Shown here: in pieces, positions 1-11,876 of the stretch
Layout of the letters: every line of letters begins with the position of its first letter
How positions within the stretch are numbered: the first letter of the stretch is position 1
Assembly: GCA_024679065.1 (NCBI GenBank)
Contig: JAGIQG010000018.1
Coordinates: 27,590,001 to 27,654,000 of the forward strand
Source: Sphyrna mokarran
Taxonomy: Eukaryota
Length of the DNA: 64,000 bases
Direction: 5' to 3'
Notes under the pieces: model-generated
Told to the model about the DNA's origin: nothing
The model's database searches: none
The model's input: only the letters and a program-made list of their open reading frames with translations
Translations under genes and position numbers: made by a program

Positions 1-905
1 CACAAATATGGGAGACATCACTCCAGGTGCCATGATAAATCTTAAAAACTGTAGTAATTTCTGGCAAGGAGAGGATGTACTGAGGCATAAGTGCGAATCA
101 TCACAAATCAGTGGATGATTTGCCCTGCTTGACCGATAGTCTCCAGAAAAAAATGGAGCTCATGGTTAACGTTGCCGTGAGTATCCAGAAATTGCTGCAT
201 TTGCACCACAGATATAAATAAAACTTGCCGCAGAAAGTTGTGGTTGTGATTTAACATGGTGCAAAGATCCTGTTAATAGTTAATGGTTTCAGCTTCCTAT
301 GGCTTTCCAGTTTGAAATCAGTTGGCAATTAATGTCAGAAAAACAATTAATGCCTCATAATTCAACCAGGATGGAAGTTCAGCAGGAGAAATTAAAAAAT
401 GAGGGTAAATCATACACAGAGAGAAAAAAGCACTGGGGCATATAACTCAATGATAAAAATGAATGGCAACAAAGAGAGCACGGATTAGCAAGCGTGGTGT
501 GGATTCAGTGGGTCAAATGGTCTCCTTTTGTGCTGGAATTGTGTTCTTTGAAAGTAAATCCTTGAGCTTAGCTGCTGTATAAACATCAAGGCACAAACCA
601 TGCGTAAGGGATTGGTTAACACATTATTCGTGGCTTCATTTATTAAGAGGATCAGATGGATGATGGTGGTCTTATATTGTTACAAAGCTTAGAAACAAGT
701 CAGAACTGTTGACTGCTCACTTGCATGCGGTGGGGCGGAGTAAGATTAAGAATGAATCGCATGATATCACATCAAATCATATCAAATATCATACTATAAT
801 GCCAAATTTTGAAAAGGACGTTTTCTCCCTGAATTTCAGAGTTGGGCCTTCAAAAGTAGGGATTTTGGGTGGACAGTGCTTGACAGCTATGTTCAAATGT
901 TTGAG

Positions 906-1053
906 ATTTGAAATCATGAGCTTTGGATTTCACCTGATGAAGGTGCAGCATTCTGGAAGCTTGTGATTTCAAATAAGCCTGTAGGTCTATAACCTAGTGT
1001 CGTGCAACCTCCCATCTTGTTCACCCCAGTCCAATACTGGATCTCCACATCAT
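906..1053 (+). mobile_element. Penelope-like terminal (pLTR-type) fold-back element, family A, with decayed hammerhead-like core
   Basis: CTGATGAAGGTGCAGCATTCTGGAAGCTT at 934-962; short inverted arm ATTTGAAATCATGAGCTTT / AAGCTTGTGATTTCAAAT; tail CCCCAGTCCAATACTGGATCTCCACATCAT shared with copies at 1786, 56796, 59535, 63241. Confidence 0.7.
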
Positions 1054-1785
1054 AAAACATCTGTGACACCCAAGATGGTAAACAATCATTCTTTATGACA
1101 CCCCATATTGAAAGTTGTCCCCAAAACTCTCAAACAAAACTGCCTGCAAAAGATGATCAAGTGTTATGATAAATTTGTAGTCTGCACAAAAGGTGCATTT
1201 GCTGATAGATTGTATTTTTACTATGTGTTTAAATGATTGATTAATACTAGTCAGCAGTGAGCACAGCATTCCGCTGCAAACTTTTTTTTAACCAGTAGTT
1301 GTGCATTGATTAGAAGATTTTTCTACAATTGAGCTGCACCAGTTTGTGCCTTTCTGATGATTCCATCCATTTCCATCTCATCCAGTTCCGGCTTTAATTT
1401 GATTTGGATGTGATTACTGAAAATGTGTGGTAGGTTAATTGATGGAATTCATCCTCCATATGTCAGAATGTTACCGTTACTCCCGAAATCAGGGTGAGCG
1501 CACCTTACAGAATAAATTCCCTGTTGGCCTTGGATTGGATTTTACGAACCTCTTCCGATCGTAAAATACTGGCCATAATGTTGTTGCTCCCTGAAAAGTG
1601 GCAGTCTTGTCAAAACATCCTGCATGTTGTGATGTCAAGTTACAAACTGAAGTTTTCGGTGTAACTTTGAAAGTTGATCAGCTTTGTGGGTACCTTGTTG
1701 ATTCTATGGATGGTCACCAATCTGTGATCATGACATGCAGGTGATCTGTAATCACGGGGCCTTTCTACAATGTAGAATACTTGTT

Positions 1786-1975
1786 GAGAGATCGCATGAC
1801 ACCAGGTGAGAGTCCAATAAGTTTATTTGAAACCACGAGCTTTCAGTTTCACCTGACAAAGGAGCAGTGCTCCAAAAGCTTCTGATTCCAAAAAAAAACC
1901 TGTTGGATTTTAGCCTGGTGTCATGTGACCCCTCATCTTGTCCACCCCAGTCTAACATCGGTATCTCCACATCAT
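1786..1975 (+). mobile_element. Penelope-like fold-back element, family A
   Basis: Inverted arms CATGACACCAGG...TCCAA / TTGGA...CCTGGTGTCATG; core CTGACAAAGGAGCAGTGCTCCAAAAGCTT at 1853-1881; same tail as other copies. Confidence 0.75.
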
Positions 1976-2391
1976 AGAATATCTGTGACATCCAGGATAG
2001 GTGATTGTGCTTCCCTACAGCATGAAGGATCCTGCATATGGAATTTCTGAGCCATTATATGCTGGCAGTTTCCCAGTGGTAGCTTTTATCGTAGCTGTCC
2101 ACTTCTGTGATATATGTCCTGTAGAATTATTAGAGATGGTATGTTGGTACTTGCTCCTATGTCTCTCTTTGACGATAGCAACTAATTACTGATTTTCTGA
2201 GGACAAATCATTTGAACTTTGGTAAATACTTATAGCTTTGTGGTGCTTTGTGGGAATAATGGTGTCAAATGTGTGCTCAACACACTGGGCATCATCTTGT
2301 ACCTCACCATTGTTATTTACTTTATCAATCAGATCATGTGTTTCTTACTAGATGTGTATGTTTGCTGTTCCTCAAAGGTATCACCTTTTTA

Positions 2392-3120
2392 TAGAAAAAC
2401 TAGAAGCAGAAGTTGGCCATTCTGCCATTTGAGCCTGCTCCACTATTCATTTTGATTATGGATGATCATCAAATTCAATATCCTGATACCCCCTGTCACC
2501 CATATCCTTTGACTCCCTTATGCCCCAAGAGCAATATCTAATTTCTTCTTGAAACCACACTGTTGGCTGCAACTTCTTTCTCTGGTAGTGAATTCCATAC
2601 ATTCACCACTCTCTGGGTGAAGAGATTTCTCCTTATCTCAGTTTGGGGCAGCAAGGTGGCACAGTGGTTCTCATTGCTACCTCACAGTGTTTGAGGCCTG
2701 TATTTGATTCTGGCCTTGGGTGACTCTCTGTGTGGGGACTGCACGTTGTCCCCCTGTCTGCATGGGTTTCCTCCGGGTATTCCAATTTCCTCTCACAGTC
2801 CAAAAATGCGTGGGTTGTATTGATTGGCCATGCAAAACTGCCCGCTAGTGTCAAGGGGATTAGTGGGGTGGTGTTATAGGGTAGAGCTGGATGGGATTAT
2901 TGTCAGTGCAGGCTTGATGGGCCAAATGGCCTCTTTCTATAGGGATTCTTTGTTTCACAGAATAAATCATTCTGTGATTCCATAAAAGATCATTATCCTC
3001 AATCTACGACACTAGTTCTGGATGCCCCACCATCGGGAAGATTTGTTCTGAATCTACCCTGTCTAACCTTGTTAGAATTTTATAAGATTCTGTGAGATCC
3101 CCTTCTTCTTCTGATAGTCC
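2392..3120 (-). mobile_element. CR1-type LINE 3' fragment interrupted by a SINE
   Basis: Antisense CR1 3' UTR/RT C-terminus (GAATTCCATACATTCACCACTCTCTGGGTGAAGAGATTTCTCC); ORF 3004-3201 GDLTESYKILTRLDRVDSEQIFPMVG; similar to 33248-33800 and 49915-50200. Confidence 0.85.
2645..2950 (+). mobile_element. HE1-like tRNA-derived V-SINE with CR1-type tail
   Basis: Head GGTGGCACAGTGGTT...GCTACCTCACAG, V-domain-like GGGTTTCCTCCGGGTATTCCAATTTCCTCTCACAGTCCAAA, tail GATGGGCCAAATGGCCTCTTTCT. Confidence 0.9.
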
Positions 3121-4229
3121 AGGTGCGTTTAGCTTATTTACTAGACTTCTATTTGCAACTAAGATGCATCTTAATGGCTTACTTATCTGCTTTAGATGCA
3201 CCTAAGTCATTTCTGTATGCTTATTAAACATTTGGAGCTCACACTGTAGGTCAGCTGCAGTCCAATTTAAGCCTGGGAATTTTCTAGATCCTGTACTAAA
3301 GCCCAACATTTGATTTGTGCTTTCGATTATTTTTTGCATCTGTGGTCTAGGTTTGTGTGATTTATATGCATGGATACTGTGAATATACTCCTTCACAACT
3401 CCAAATCTCTCACCATCAAAAATATTTTCCAATCTATCTTTCTCATATCCAGAGAAGATGAGCTCACATCTGCTCATATTGGATTCTCAAAGGCCTAAGT
3501 TTTTGCAAAACTTGAAGGGGTCCACACCTTAACCAAAATATGCCAGAACCAAGAATCCAGAAATGTCACCTCTCGCATGGGAGTCATCATTTTTACTGGG
3601 AATTGGAGTATGGGGATGGCGGATGGCAATGGGATTTTCACATGCCAGTGAATCAGGGAGGCATTTAAAAGTGCAACTGTCTACAATCCAACAGTTTTGG
3701 TCACCCAGATTTGTGGAAATGTGCCTGCTGGACATTATGAAGTTGATTGAAAGATCTAAACGTGCTGGAGTTTTTGGAGAGATAAGGTAGCCTTTTGGAG
3801 AAACCAAATGCCTCTTTGGAATTGTTAAGGGTAGACATGAAAGTTTGTAAAAGACGGATGAGATTTGTTGAACTGTCCAGTCATTTAAATTCCCTGCTCT
3901 TTTGATGAAAAAGTGCTTGTAATTTCAGTATATGTGCTATTTGTTGCAAATCTGGGAGCTGTCATTACAACGTTGTTCCTGTTTGATTTGTTTCCACACA
4001 ACCTTTTATTATCACAGTAGAAAGCCTGCTAATTTACCACTTGATGTATAGCTCTAATGGATCATAAAGAGATTTGCTGTCTTTGATGTGAGGGGTATGA
4101 ATATAAATCCTTGTTTTTATAAGGGATTAAGTAACTGAAGGGATTTGCATGTATTGAATGGGTTTTTATGAATGAGTTGTTTTTTTTAATCTGTAATAGA
4201 TACTTGAGTCTTTTCATCTCAGCATGGCT

Positions 4230-4922
4230 CCTGAGGTTTGTCCATGGTGGATATTGCATGAGTTAGCATGGCAATTGGAAGAGTAAAGTGTGGTGGGTGG
4301 AAGCATAGGTTTGCATGTGACTATTTGGGGGGACATGCCATGGTTGGCAGCAGCTGCACCAAGTTAGAATAGAGCTATAATGGATGATGGGGATGGTAGA
4401 GGGGCATTGGTTGGTATGAGGGGATTGGGGGTGGATAGAAGAACATGTATTGTCATGAAGGATATTAGGGGCCATGAGTGGTAGGGCAGAGATTGGCATG
4501 TGGATATGAGAGATGTTTGGGGGATAGAAAAGGGGATTAGGTTGGCATGGTGGGAATGAAGCTCCATGGGGGTGGGGGGTGGTGGCAGTTTGTTGCAGAC
4601 ATGAGGGAGTATGAGTTGACATGGATGGGGCATGGGGAATATGTGGGGGAGGTGGTGAGAGCTGGAGAGCTATTTATGTTTGTTGCTTTTACAATAACTG
4701 GGATGAATGTTTAGATCAGTGAGGTGGGCCTTTTAAAGAGCCTTCCCTGGCAGCAGACAGCTTTTAGTGGCTGCTTCCATACTGTTTCTGGGTTCGTGGA
4801 TCCAATTCCAGCCTTCAGCCACCCTGCCTGGAATGGAAACCCCGCCATTTGGGGCACTCGGTATGACCTGGCAAATTCTTCAACTCTATACAACCATGGC
4901 ACGGGAGTGAAAATTCTGGGCA
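4230..4922. repeat. Degenerate G-rich non-autonomous DNA-transposon-like repeat (probable Harbinger derivative)
   Basis: GGCATGG/GGGTGG-rich block ending in TIR-like GTGAAAATTCTGGGC; similar decayed blocks at 11290-11620 and 20360-20710. Confidence 0.45.
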
Positions 4923-5843
4923 AATATGTTTAGTTGACTAATTTAAATTGCACCCCATTTGTAAGCTTCTGCTCTCATTGACAAAGCTAGCTGTTTCTCC
5001 TAACTGAGGCACTGCTTACTCTCAACCCCTTCTTGACTCTACCCACCCACCCACTCCCCAGTCACTGAGGCCTGGCTGCTTAACCTTGACATGCCCCAAG
5101 CCCACTCCCCCTATCACGAACATCCTGACCTCTCATTTGTCCAGATGTGCTTGGAGAGTCAGGGTGGTGGGCTGTCATCAGTAATGGATTTGGCAGCCCC
5201 CCAGTGCCAAACACTTCTTTATTCTTTGATGGAAAGTGCGTTGCTGCTGGCAAGACCATTGTTTCTTGCCTGTTCCTAATTGCCCTTGAGAAGATGGTGG
5301 TGAGCAATTGCTTTAATTGGTCACCATGGGGAACATGCTTCTGTTTTTGGCTGAGCAGTGAGTGGTCCTTCATCATCTGCGGTAAAACTCAATCCTGTAA
5401 GTGTGCTCAGTATAATTCAGCGTGAACAATACAACCACACTGTGCTGTTCAAACATAATCAAAATGCAAAAGCTGTCACCGGTCTAAGAATAACCCTTGG
5501 AGTACTGAATTCCATTGCAGCTGTCAGGGAACTTAAGCTGTCCAGCTGTTGCTGTCAACATTTTATATTCATGACCCAGGGGAACCAACCTGACACTGGG
5601 TAAGAGCTCACCGTGTGTGTGTGTGTATATACATGCATAAATCAAAATCAAATGTTAGCGACTGTTTCTGAACATTGCAGTGTTTCCCCGAACCCTTATC
5701 ATCTGATTGGCTCCACTAATTTTTTGGAAAAGTTGTAGCCAGTTAGGAGCTCAGGTCACAGTAGAGTTCAACTTCACTGTCTGGTTTACAAAATTGACAA
5801 CCTATTTAGTAACAATGAATTTTAAGTAATGAACTTATTTTAG

Positions 5844-5877
5844 CAGACACCAAAACTAAACAGAAAATAGTGCTGAG
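5844..5877 (+). CDS. Candidate short internal exon of an unidentified gene (34 nt; NAGNAG alternative start at 5847)
   Basis: ttattttag|CAGACACC...GTGCTGAG|gtaagt; only one open frame, DTKTKQKIVL. Confidence 0.4.
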
Positions 5878-6243
5878 GTAAGTTTCACTGGAATTTGGGA
5901 AGTTGTGTTGTTGTGCAGGCAGATTGCAATAAGAGTGACTCAGGTCAGTTCCCAAATATGGAGCTGAATGAAAATTATGCAAGTCCCCAACCTCAGTGTA
6001 CCTCAGACAATAAAATCACACTTGTACACCAGGAAGAACAGGACACTGACTCCCATATTCAATGGTTGGAAAGGAGGATCTGGTATTCTGTGGGAAAGCC
6101 TAAGTTTGTTCAGTGGCTTCTTAACTCAGTCACCTCATTATTTCCCTTCGGACACAACATAAATATATGTTGCCTTTTCTGAACACAGAGAAAAAGGTAT
6201 TTGGTCTAATGAAAAGTTAGAAAAAACCTAAGAACCCTTCCAA

Positions 6244-6474
6244 TCATAGAACCCTTACAGTGCAAAAGGAAGCCAATTGGCCCATTGAGTTTACACCAAT
6301 CTTCTGACATAGTATTTTACCCAGAACCTATCCTTATAACCCCACATGTTTATCCCAATAATCATTGAATCCCTATGTACAAAAGGAGGCCATTTGTCCC
6401 ATCGAGCCTACACTGACAACTATCCTACCCAGGCCAAAAAAACCCCCCACATACTTACCCTGCTAATCCCCCTA
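6244..6474 (-). mobile_element. Two tandem 5'-truncated HE1-like SINE tails
   Basis: CATAGAACCCTTACAGTGCAAAAGGAAGCC at 6245 and CATTGAATCCCTATGTACAAAAGGAGGCC at 6363. Confidence 0.75.
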
Positions 6475-6726
6475 AAATTTTGAGCCTCCAAATTTTCTTC
6501 CTGGTTATACATCATGTGAGGAAGAACTTTCTGTTTTGCATTTAACCTGAATTTTATCTTTAAATTTGAGTATACCAAGCGTGCAGTTGTTTGGGTTGCT
6601 CAACACCAGACCGGTGATACTTTATTGATATAAGTCTCTGTGAACCTGGTGCAGGAGAAATTGAAGCTCATGGTTAAAATTATATCAACTTTGGTCTTAA
6701 TATATCTGGCTCTCATATTTGAGAAA

Positions 6727-7110
6727 CCTAGAAAGATACCAACTAGAGAGAGGCCATTCAGTTCATCTTGCCTATGCCAGCTGTTTGTTGGAGCTATCCA
6801 AATTGGCCCCAATCCCCAGCTCTTTACCCATCGGTCAGCCTTTCAAGTTATTTATCCAGCTGCCTTTTGAAAGTTAATGTTGAATCTGCTTCCAATAGGC
6901 AGTATAATATTCCAGATCCAAACCATTTGCCACATATACATGTATCCTTTTGTTGCCCCAATTCTTCTACCAATCACATTAAATGTTGCATCCTTTTTTA
7001 TTGACTTTGCTGTCAATCACAATTATTCTTCCTTATTCATTTTATCGAGCACTTTATGTTCGTGAACACCTGTGTCAATACTCCTCGTATCCTTATCTGC
7101 TTTACCAAGA
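6727..7110 (-). mobile_element. Old CR1 LINE 3' fragment
   Basis: AGAGAGGCCATTCAG...CCTTTTGAAAGTTAATGTTGAATCTGCTTCC; matches 15860-16240 and 30100-30470. Confidence 0.7.
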
Positions 7111-7689
7111 AACTCAGCTATTCCTACCTCTCCCCTTAATGGAGCTCCCTCATGCTTCAAGGAAATTTCTTGTCTATCCCACTAAGGTGGAATAGAGTTT
7201 GTCTGTGCTTTAAGAAGGGATGTGTATGCCTTATGATTCAAACAATGATATGGGATATGGAATGGAACAGATGCAAGATTTGCAGCATTGATTTGGAGAT
7301 ATTGTTGGGAATGTGAAGAACTTTCTTGGACATAGATTAAATATGTGAGTTATTTGGATGTGTATTTTAACTCAAATTCTAACCCGAATGCAGCAGTCAT
7401 CCGATAGGAAAAAACCTGAAGAGAAATTGCTCAGCTGCTCTTTTTATTTTCTGGTGGAAGACAGTTGGCAATTGCACACTTGGTCTCTTCATCAAGATGT
7501 GGTTCAAAGCCAGAGGAGGAAGAAATCCAGATACTGACGATAACGTTGTCTCTGCCACTTTTTTCAGCTTGATTCTGTTCCTTGAACATTCCAGTCTCGG
7601 TTTGTGTCCTTCCGCAATCCCAGCCTGAGTCCTGACAAGCCCCCTACTCCTCTCCCACATTGACAGAATGCCTTTCTCCGTTACTGTGT

Positions 7690-7826
7690 CCCTCCCCGTC
7701 CCGCACGGGGCCCGGGCCCCTCCCCGTCCCGCACGGGGCCCGGGCCCCTCCCCGTCCCGCACAGGGCCCGGGCCCCTCCCCGTCCCGCACGGGGCCCGGG
7801 CCCCTCCCCGTCCCGCACGGGGCCCG
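7690..7826. repeat. GC-rich minisatellite, 28-bp unit x ~4.9
   Basis: Unit CCCTCCCCGTCCCGCACGGGGCCCGGGC starts at 7690, 7718, 7746, 7774, 7802; single substitution at 7763. Confidence 0.97.
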
Positions 7827-9140
7827 TGAGGTTGGTCACGATGGTAAAAGGTTTTGGGGACTTGGCGATAAAGATGCCTCTGAATATTTAACACAGCGTG
7901 CACAGTACCATCAGACTGAAATTGATATCAGATCCATAGCTCTGGGGATTAAACTAAAGGAGTCAAATCATCTAGGCAGAAAAATTCTCATTAGTTTTTT
8001 TTGCATGTTGTCTGAAATATTAGGCAATTTATCTTAATTTCTAAACAGATTTTGAGCAGACATTTTTATGATAAATATAAAACAATATAGAGGCATTTAA
8101 TTGAAGTGGGATTTGATGAGGTTCTGAGATTTACGCTGTTTTCCTAAGCAGTATTGCTGACGTGTTGGAAGGAGTCATTTTAATAGGGTTTTCATAATTT
8201 CTCTTATGTTACACATTCTGCTGTTTGAAACTGGCTTTGTGTTTTGTGACCCAGGTAGAAAGTGGTCAATTTTGCATTCTTGCTGCTGCCATTGCCATGT
8301 TTTGGATTTTGTTACAAGCAGGTGAGAAGGGGCCAAATGGGTCGCCTCTTCTCTCGCTTGACTGGAGCAAGTTTTTTAAAAGGACGTGCTTGCCACTTCA
8401 TTGAATGTTTAACTGCTTATGTGCTGCAATTATTCCACAGAGAGATCTGCTTGAGCTTTTAAAATAGAAGAGAGATTTATACATATCATATTTAATTTGG
8501 TGAAAAGTAATAATAAAAATGCTCTGACTTTCACAAACACATATACACACATGCATACACTCACATTCAGACAAATAGATTATAGAGTGGGAGAAAAGAA
8601 ATTTAATGTCCAATAAAGCTAAAGAGTATATGGTTCTTGGAGTTTAGTGACTTGGCTAGCTTCAGGGTGAACTCAGTGGTCTTTCTGGGTTGCTGTTGGG
8701 TGGTTTAAAGATGTAAGCTGACAATTTATCTGGTTTTCTGAAAATAGCAGCTGCAGGCCTGAGGTGTTTTTAATATCTGTCTTTCGTACATGAATTCTTA
8801 AATCAGTAGGCATGTTCAAAACTGACAATTGGATAGGGCGAGGCAAAAAACCCCCAATCAGTGTCTTGCTTTCAGCAAGTTAAATTGCTTGCCTTAGTCT
8901 GTAAGGGAATATGTGCTTAAGGACAAAAAGAGTTGGCTTATTACGTGACCCTTGAACTGCCCAGTGATCCAAGTATGGTCATACTTAGTGTATTCTAAAT
9001 TGTAACTTGATTATATTATAGCTAGCAATTCCTTTCTCAACTAGGGTCCACATTGTCTAAGGGGTGATGTCTAACGGCTTGTTTGCATCCATTTGAGTAC
9101 TCTGGCGATAGTCTAGATGTTTGTTCATGGGATAAGAGAT

Positions 9141-9207
9141 TAAAGTTTATTTATTAGTCACAAGTAGGCCTACATTAACACTACAATGAAATACTGTGAA
9201 AATCTCT
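9141..9207 (-). mobile_element. Isolated type-2 SINE tail
   Basis: AAAGTTTATTTATTAGTCACAAGTAGGCCTACATTAACACTACAATGAA is the reverse complement of the tails at 31760-31830 and 41600-41665. Confidence 0.75.
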
Positions 9208-9671
9208 GAATCATCATTCATACCCCTTCAAGGCAATTGTTCCTCATGAGTCTTTGCAAACAGGTTAGCTTCATCTAATTACCTTAGAATGTACAAGCTA
9301 CAAAAGCAAATGTGCAGTCATCTTTTATTGTGATCTCAAGTCCTTGGAATGTGGCTTTAGACTTTTCAACAATTCAAATTAGGAAGTTCCATCCAATAAA
9401 TTCAGAATATAATTTTACATGAAGCATGGTTTCACAACAATTTCCAAATCACTATAAAAGTTAAGAAAGAATAATCATTTTTCTGTTTCAATTGATTTTT
9501 GCAGAATGGAAAGTAAATATAGAATTGCCAAATTCCTGATTTAAGATTCATTAAAATTTGAAATTTCACGTTCGCTGTTTTTCGTTTGTGGTCATCAATG
9601 TAGAGTAATATTATACAACACATGATATTGTCTGCAGGTAGCCATGGTTTGAACTGGGAGAATCAGATACA

Positions 9672-10660
9672 CAGGGCGTGATCTTGAGCACACATTTGCA
9701 TCTGTGCAAAGGAGGGCCTCAAGGTCCAGAAGGCATAATTTTCACTGGCGAGAACGTAATTTCAGATCTTCCATGCGCCTTACTGGTGACATCGCCAGGA
9801 TGTGAACCTTCTTTGCATTCATTTAAATATATTTAAATGTTACTAACTTGCCCCCTTGCCAGATATTGAGCCCCCACTGCACATTGACACTGCGTCAATG
9901 TAATATCATATTAGTGTGGTTCACACAAATGAGAATCTGTTGTAGGGGTCTCTCCAGGGGTGTAAAGGTAAGTATAATCCCCAGATAAAAGTGACGTGGT
10001 AAGGCAGTGCTCTGGCAATGCCCCCAGTACTGTCCCTTGGCACTGCCAAATTGGCACCATGCCTATGACAACCTGGCATGTCAACCTGTACCATGGTAAG
10101 GGACCCCATTGGAGTCCATTCCTTTAGATATGGCACTGGCCATGAGTGGATGTAGGATTTGGGTCTGCTTGCAATGGCTGTTGGAAGGGCAGGAGGCGGG
10201 TGCCAGGTTAGACCATGAGGAGGGGCAAGAGACTGATGATGGAGGGTGAGGGGAAGGGCTGACTCTGATTATGGAACCCATGAGACCACTGTGATGGGTT
10301 GGAGAAAGGGAAGTTTATCCAGGCTGTGATAGGGGCACCCTTTAAAGATGGTGCCCCAATCAGTATGTAACTGTGTTTTTTCAGCATGTTTAGGCCCTGT
10401 CCCACTGTATGATGGCATGAAACACATCCCCTCAACCTCCTTTTGGCAGAGTTTGGTTAGATTTGGAGAGAAATCAATTTGTTTTGCTGGAAACAATACT
10501 GCCATTTTTTTGCCTAGAATTTGCCCAAGGAGCCAGATTTTCACAGAATGTAATTACTCTCTGGGTGGCTTTAACAATGGCGGATGAGACCTGGTTCCTG
10601 GATCCCTGTCCCCAATATTTGCCAGCAGAGGATAAAAAGTTACGAGCGTGCATCCTGTAG
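9672..10660. mobile_element. GC-rich non-autonomous DNA-transposon-like element (probable Harbinger derivative)
   Basis: Starts GGGCGTGATCTT; internal GGCAGTGC/GGCACTGCC motifs; GC-rich against the background; no coding signal. Confidence 0.45.
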
Positions 10661-11017
10661 TCCCATCATACACCCCATGAATTTAAATGCAATTCAAACA
10701 ACTTCTCAAGGGTTTGCAATCCTTAGGAAGAGGTATGAGACCTAACTTGGATTCACAACACTTTTGAAGCCAATATTTAAACAATAATACCCATGGCCCT
10801 CTTCCAATATCCCCCTGCCTATGCCCACCCATTCAGTGCATGCCATAGAACCATAAGCTCACACATAAGCTCAGCCAAGTATTCATAATAAATTCACCTT
10901 GAGAAACAATTCTCTGAGTATCTGTTTTTTTTGGTACTGTTCACATTGACCTCATTGTGATTGTTTGTGTTAGCTCCAAGACTCATGAGTGTTTAACCCA
11001 GGTGTTTATTTTCACAG

Positions 11018-11024
11018 GCGAAAG
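11018..11024 (+). CDS. Candidate 7-nt micro-exon GCGAAAG
   Basis: tttattttcacag|GCGAAAG|gtgagt; near-consensus acceptor and donor, upstream branch-like tttaac. Confidence 0.45.
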
Positions 11025-11659
11025 GTGAGTGTTTGCTTTGATTTATTGACATCTTTATGAGGTTATAATAAGTTATTCTTTCTTTTAACTTTATTTCAAT
11101 TACTGTATATTTATTTGGATAAGGTTAAAAGGTGCAAAGTGACTTTAAGGATCTGTGACAGATACTATAATGGCTTTCTTTGAGAGCTGTAAGAGCAGCA
11201 GTATTTTTCAAAGCAGATTTCAAAATGGATTTTCATAAGGTGAATTTCAAGACTTACCAATGTTATTATATGGTTCATTGGTTCTCTGGTGCTTACTTGG
11301 GTGAATGTATGGGATGTAGACAGGCTTTGGAAGGGATGTGGAGCAGCCAAGGGGAATTGGTGGTGGCATGGAGCTTGTGGGGATAAGGGTTACGAGCAGT
11401 GAGGGCTAGTAGATCAAACAACTTGAAGCTACAATTTGGATGAAATCCCAGACAATCAAGACACGCTTTCTAACCAGCCGGCCTTGCCACTTGCCCACTT
11501 CTGAAGCCATCATGGAATTGTTGCCAAAAGTCGAACGCCCAACTCCACCTCATACCACCTTTAAAATATGGCGGGATTGGTCTCTTATAATGGAGATATT
11601 ATGATGGTAAACATCTAACCTCCTAATCTAATCTCAGATGTCTGAAATTATGTATCAAC

Positions 11660-11876
11660 TGACTCAAGAACAGCTTCTTCCCTGCTGCGATCAGACTTTT
11701 GAATGTATCATCTATTAAGCTGATCTTTGTCTATACCCTAGCACAGTACATTCTGCAAGTTCTCCTTTCCTTCATTCCATGTATTCTATGAATGGTAAGC
11801 TTTGCCTAGTGCACAAGAAACAATACTTTTCACTGTATCCCAGTGCATGTGACAATAATAAATCAAATCAAATTCA
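11660..11876 (+). mobile_element. Rex1/Babar-like LINE 3' end
   Basis: Encodes LKNSFFPAAIRLLN; 3' UTR ends CATGTGACAATAATAAATCAAATCAAAT. Confidence 0.7.

Noticed and set aside
4263-4633. Pro/His-rich ORFs
   Set aside because: Compositional artefact of a G-rich degenerate repeat
7690-7826. 28-bp repeats as a CRISPR array
   Set aside because: Units are head-to-tail with no spacers, there are no cas genes, and the DNA is vertebrate-like
7397-8037. Longest ORFs in the track (168 aa minus, 125 aa plus) with repeated peptides
   Set aside because: They stay open only because they cross the stop-free 28-bp GC minisatellite
8255-8321. Possible exon encoding hydrophobic VESGQFCILAAAIAMFWILLQA
   Set aside because: Weak pyrimidine tract and not phase-compatible with the preceding candidate; may be chance
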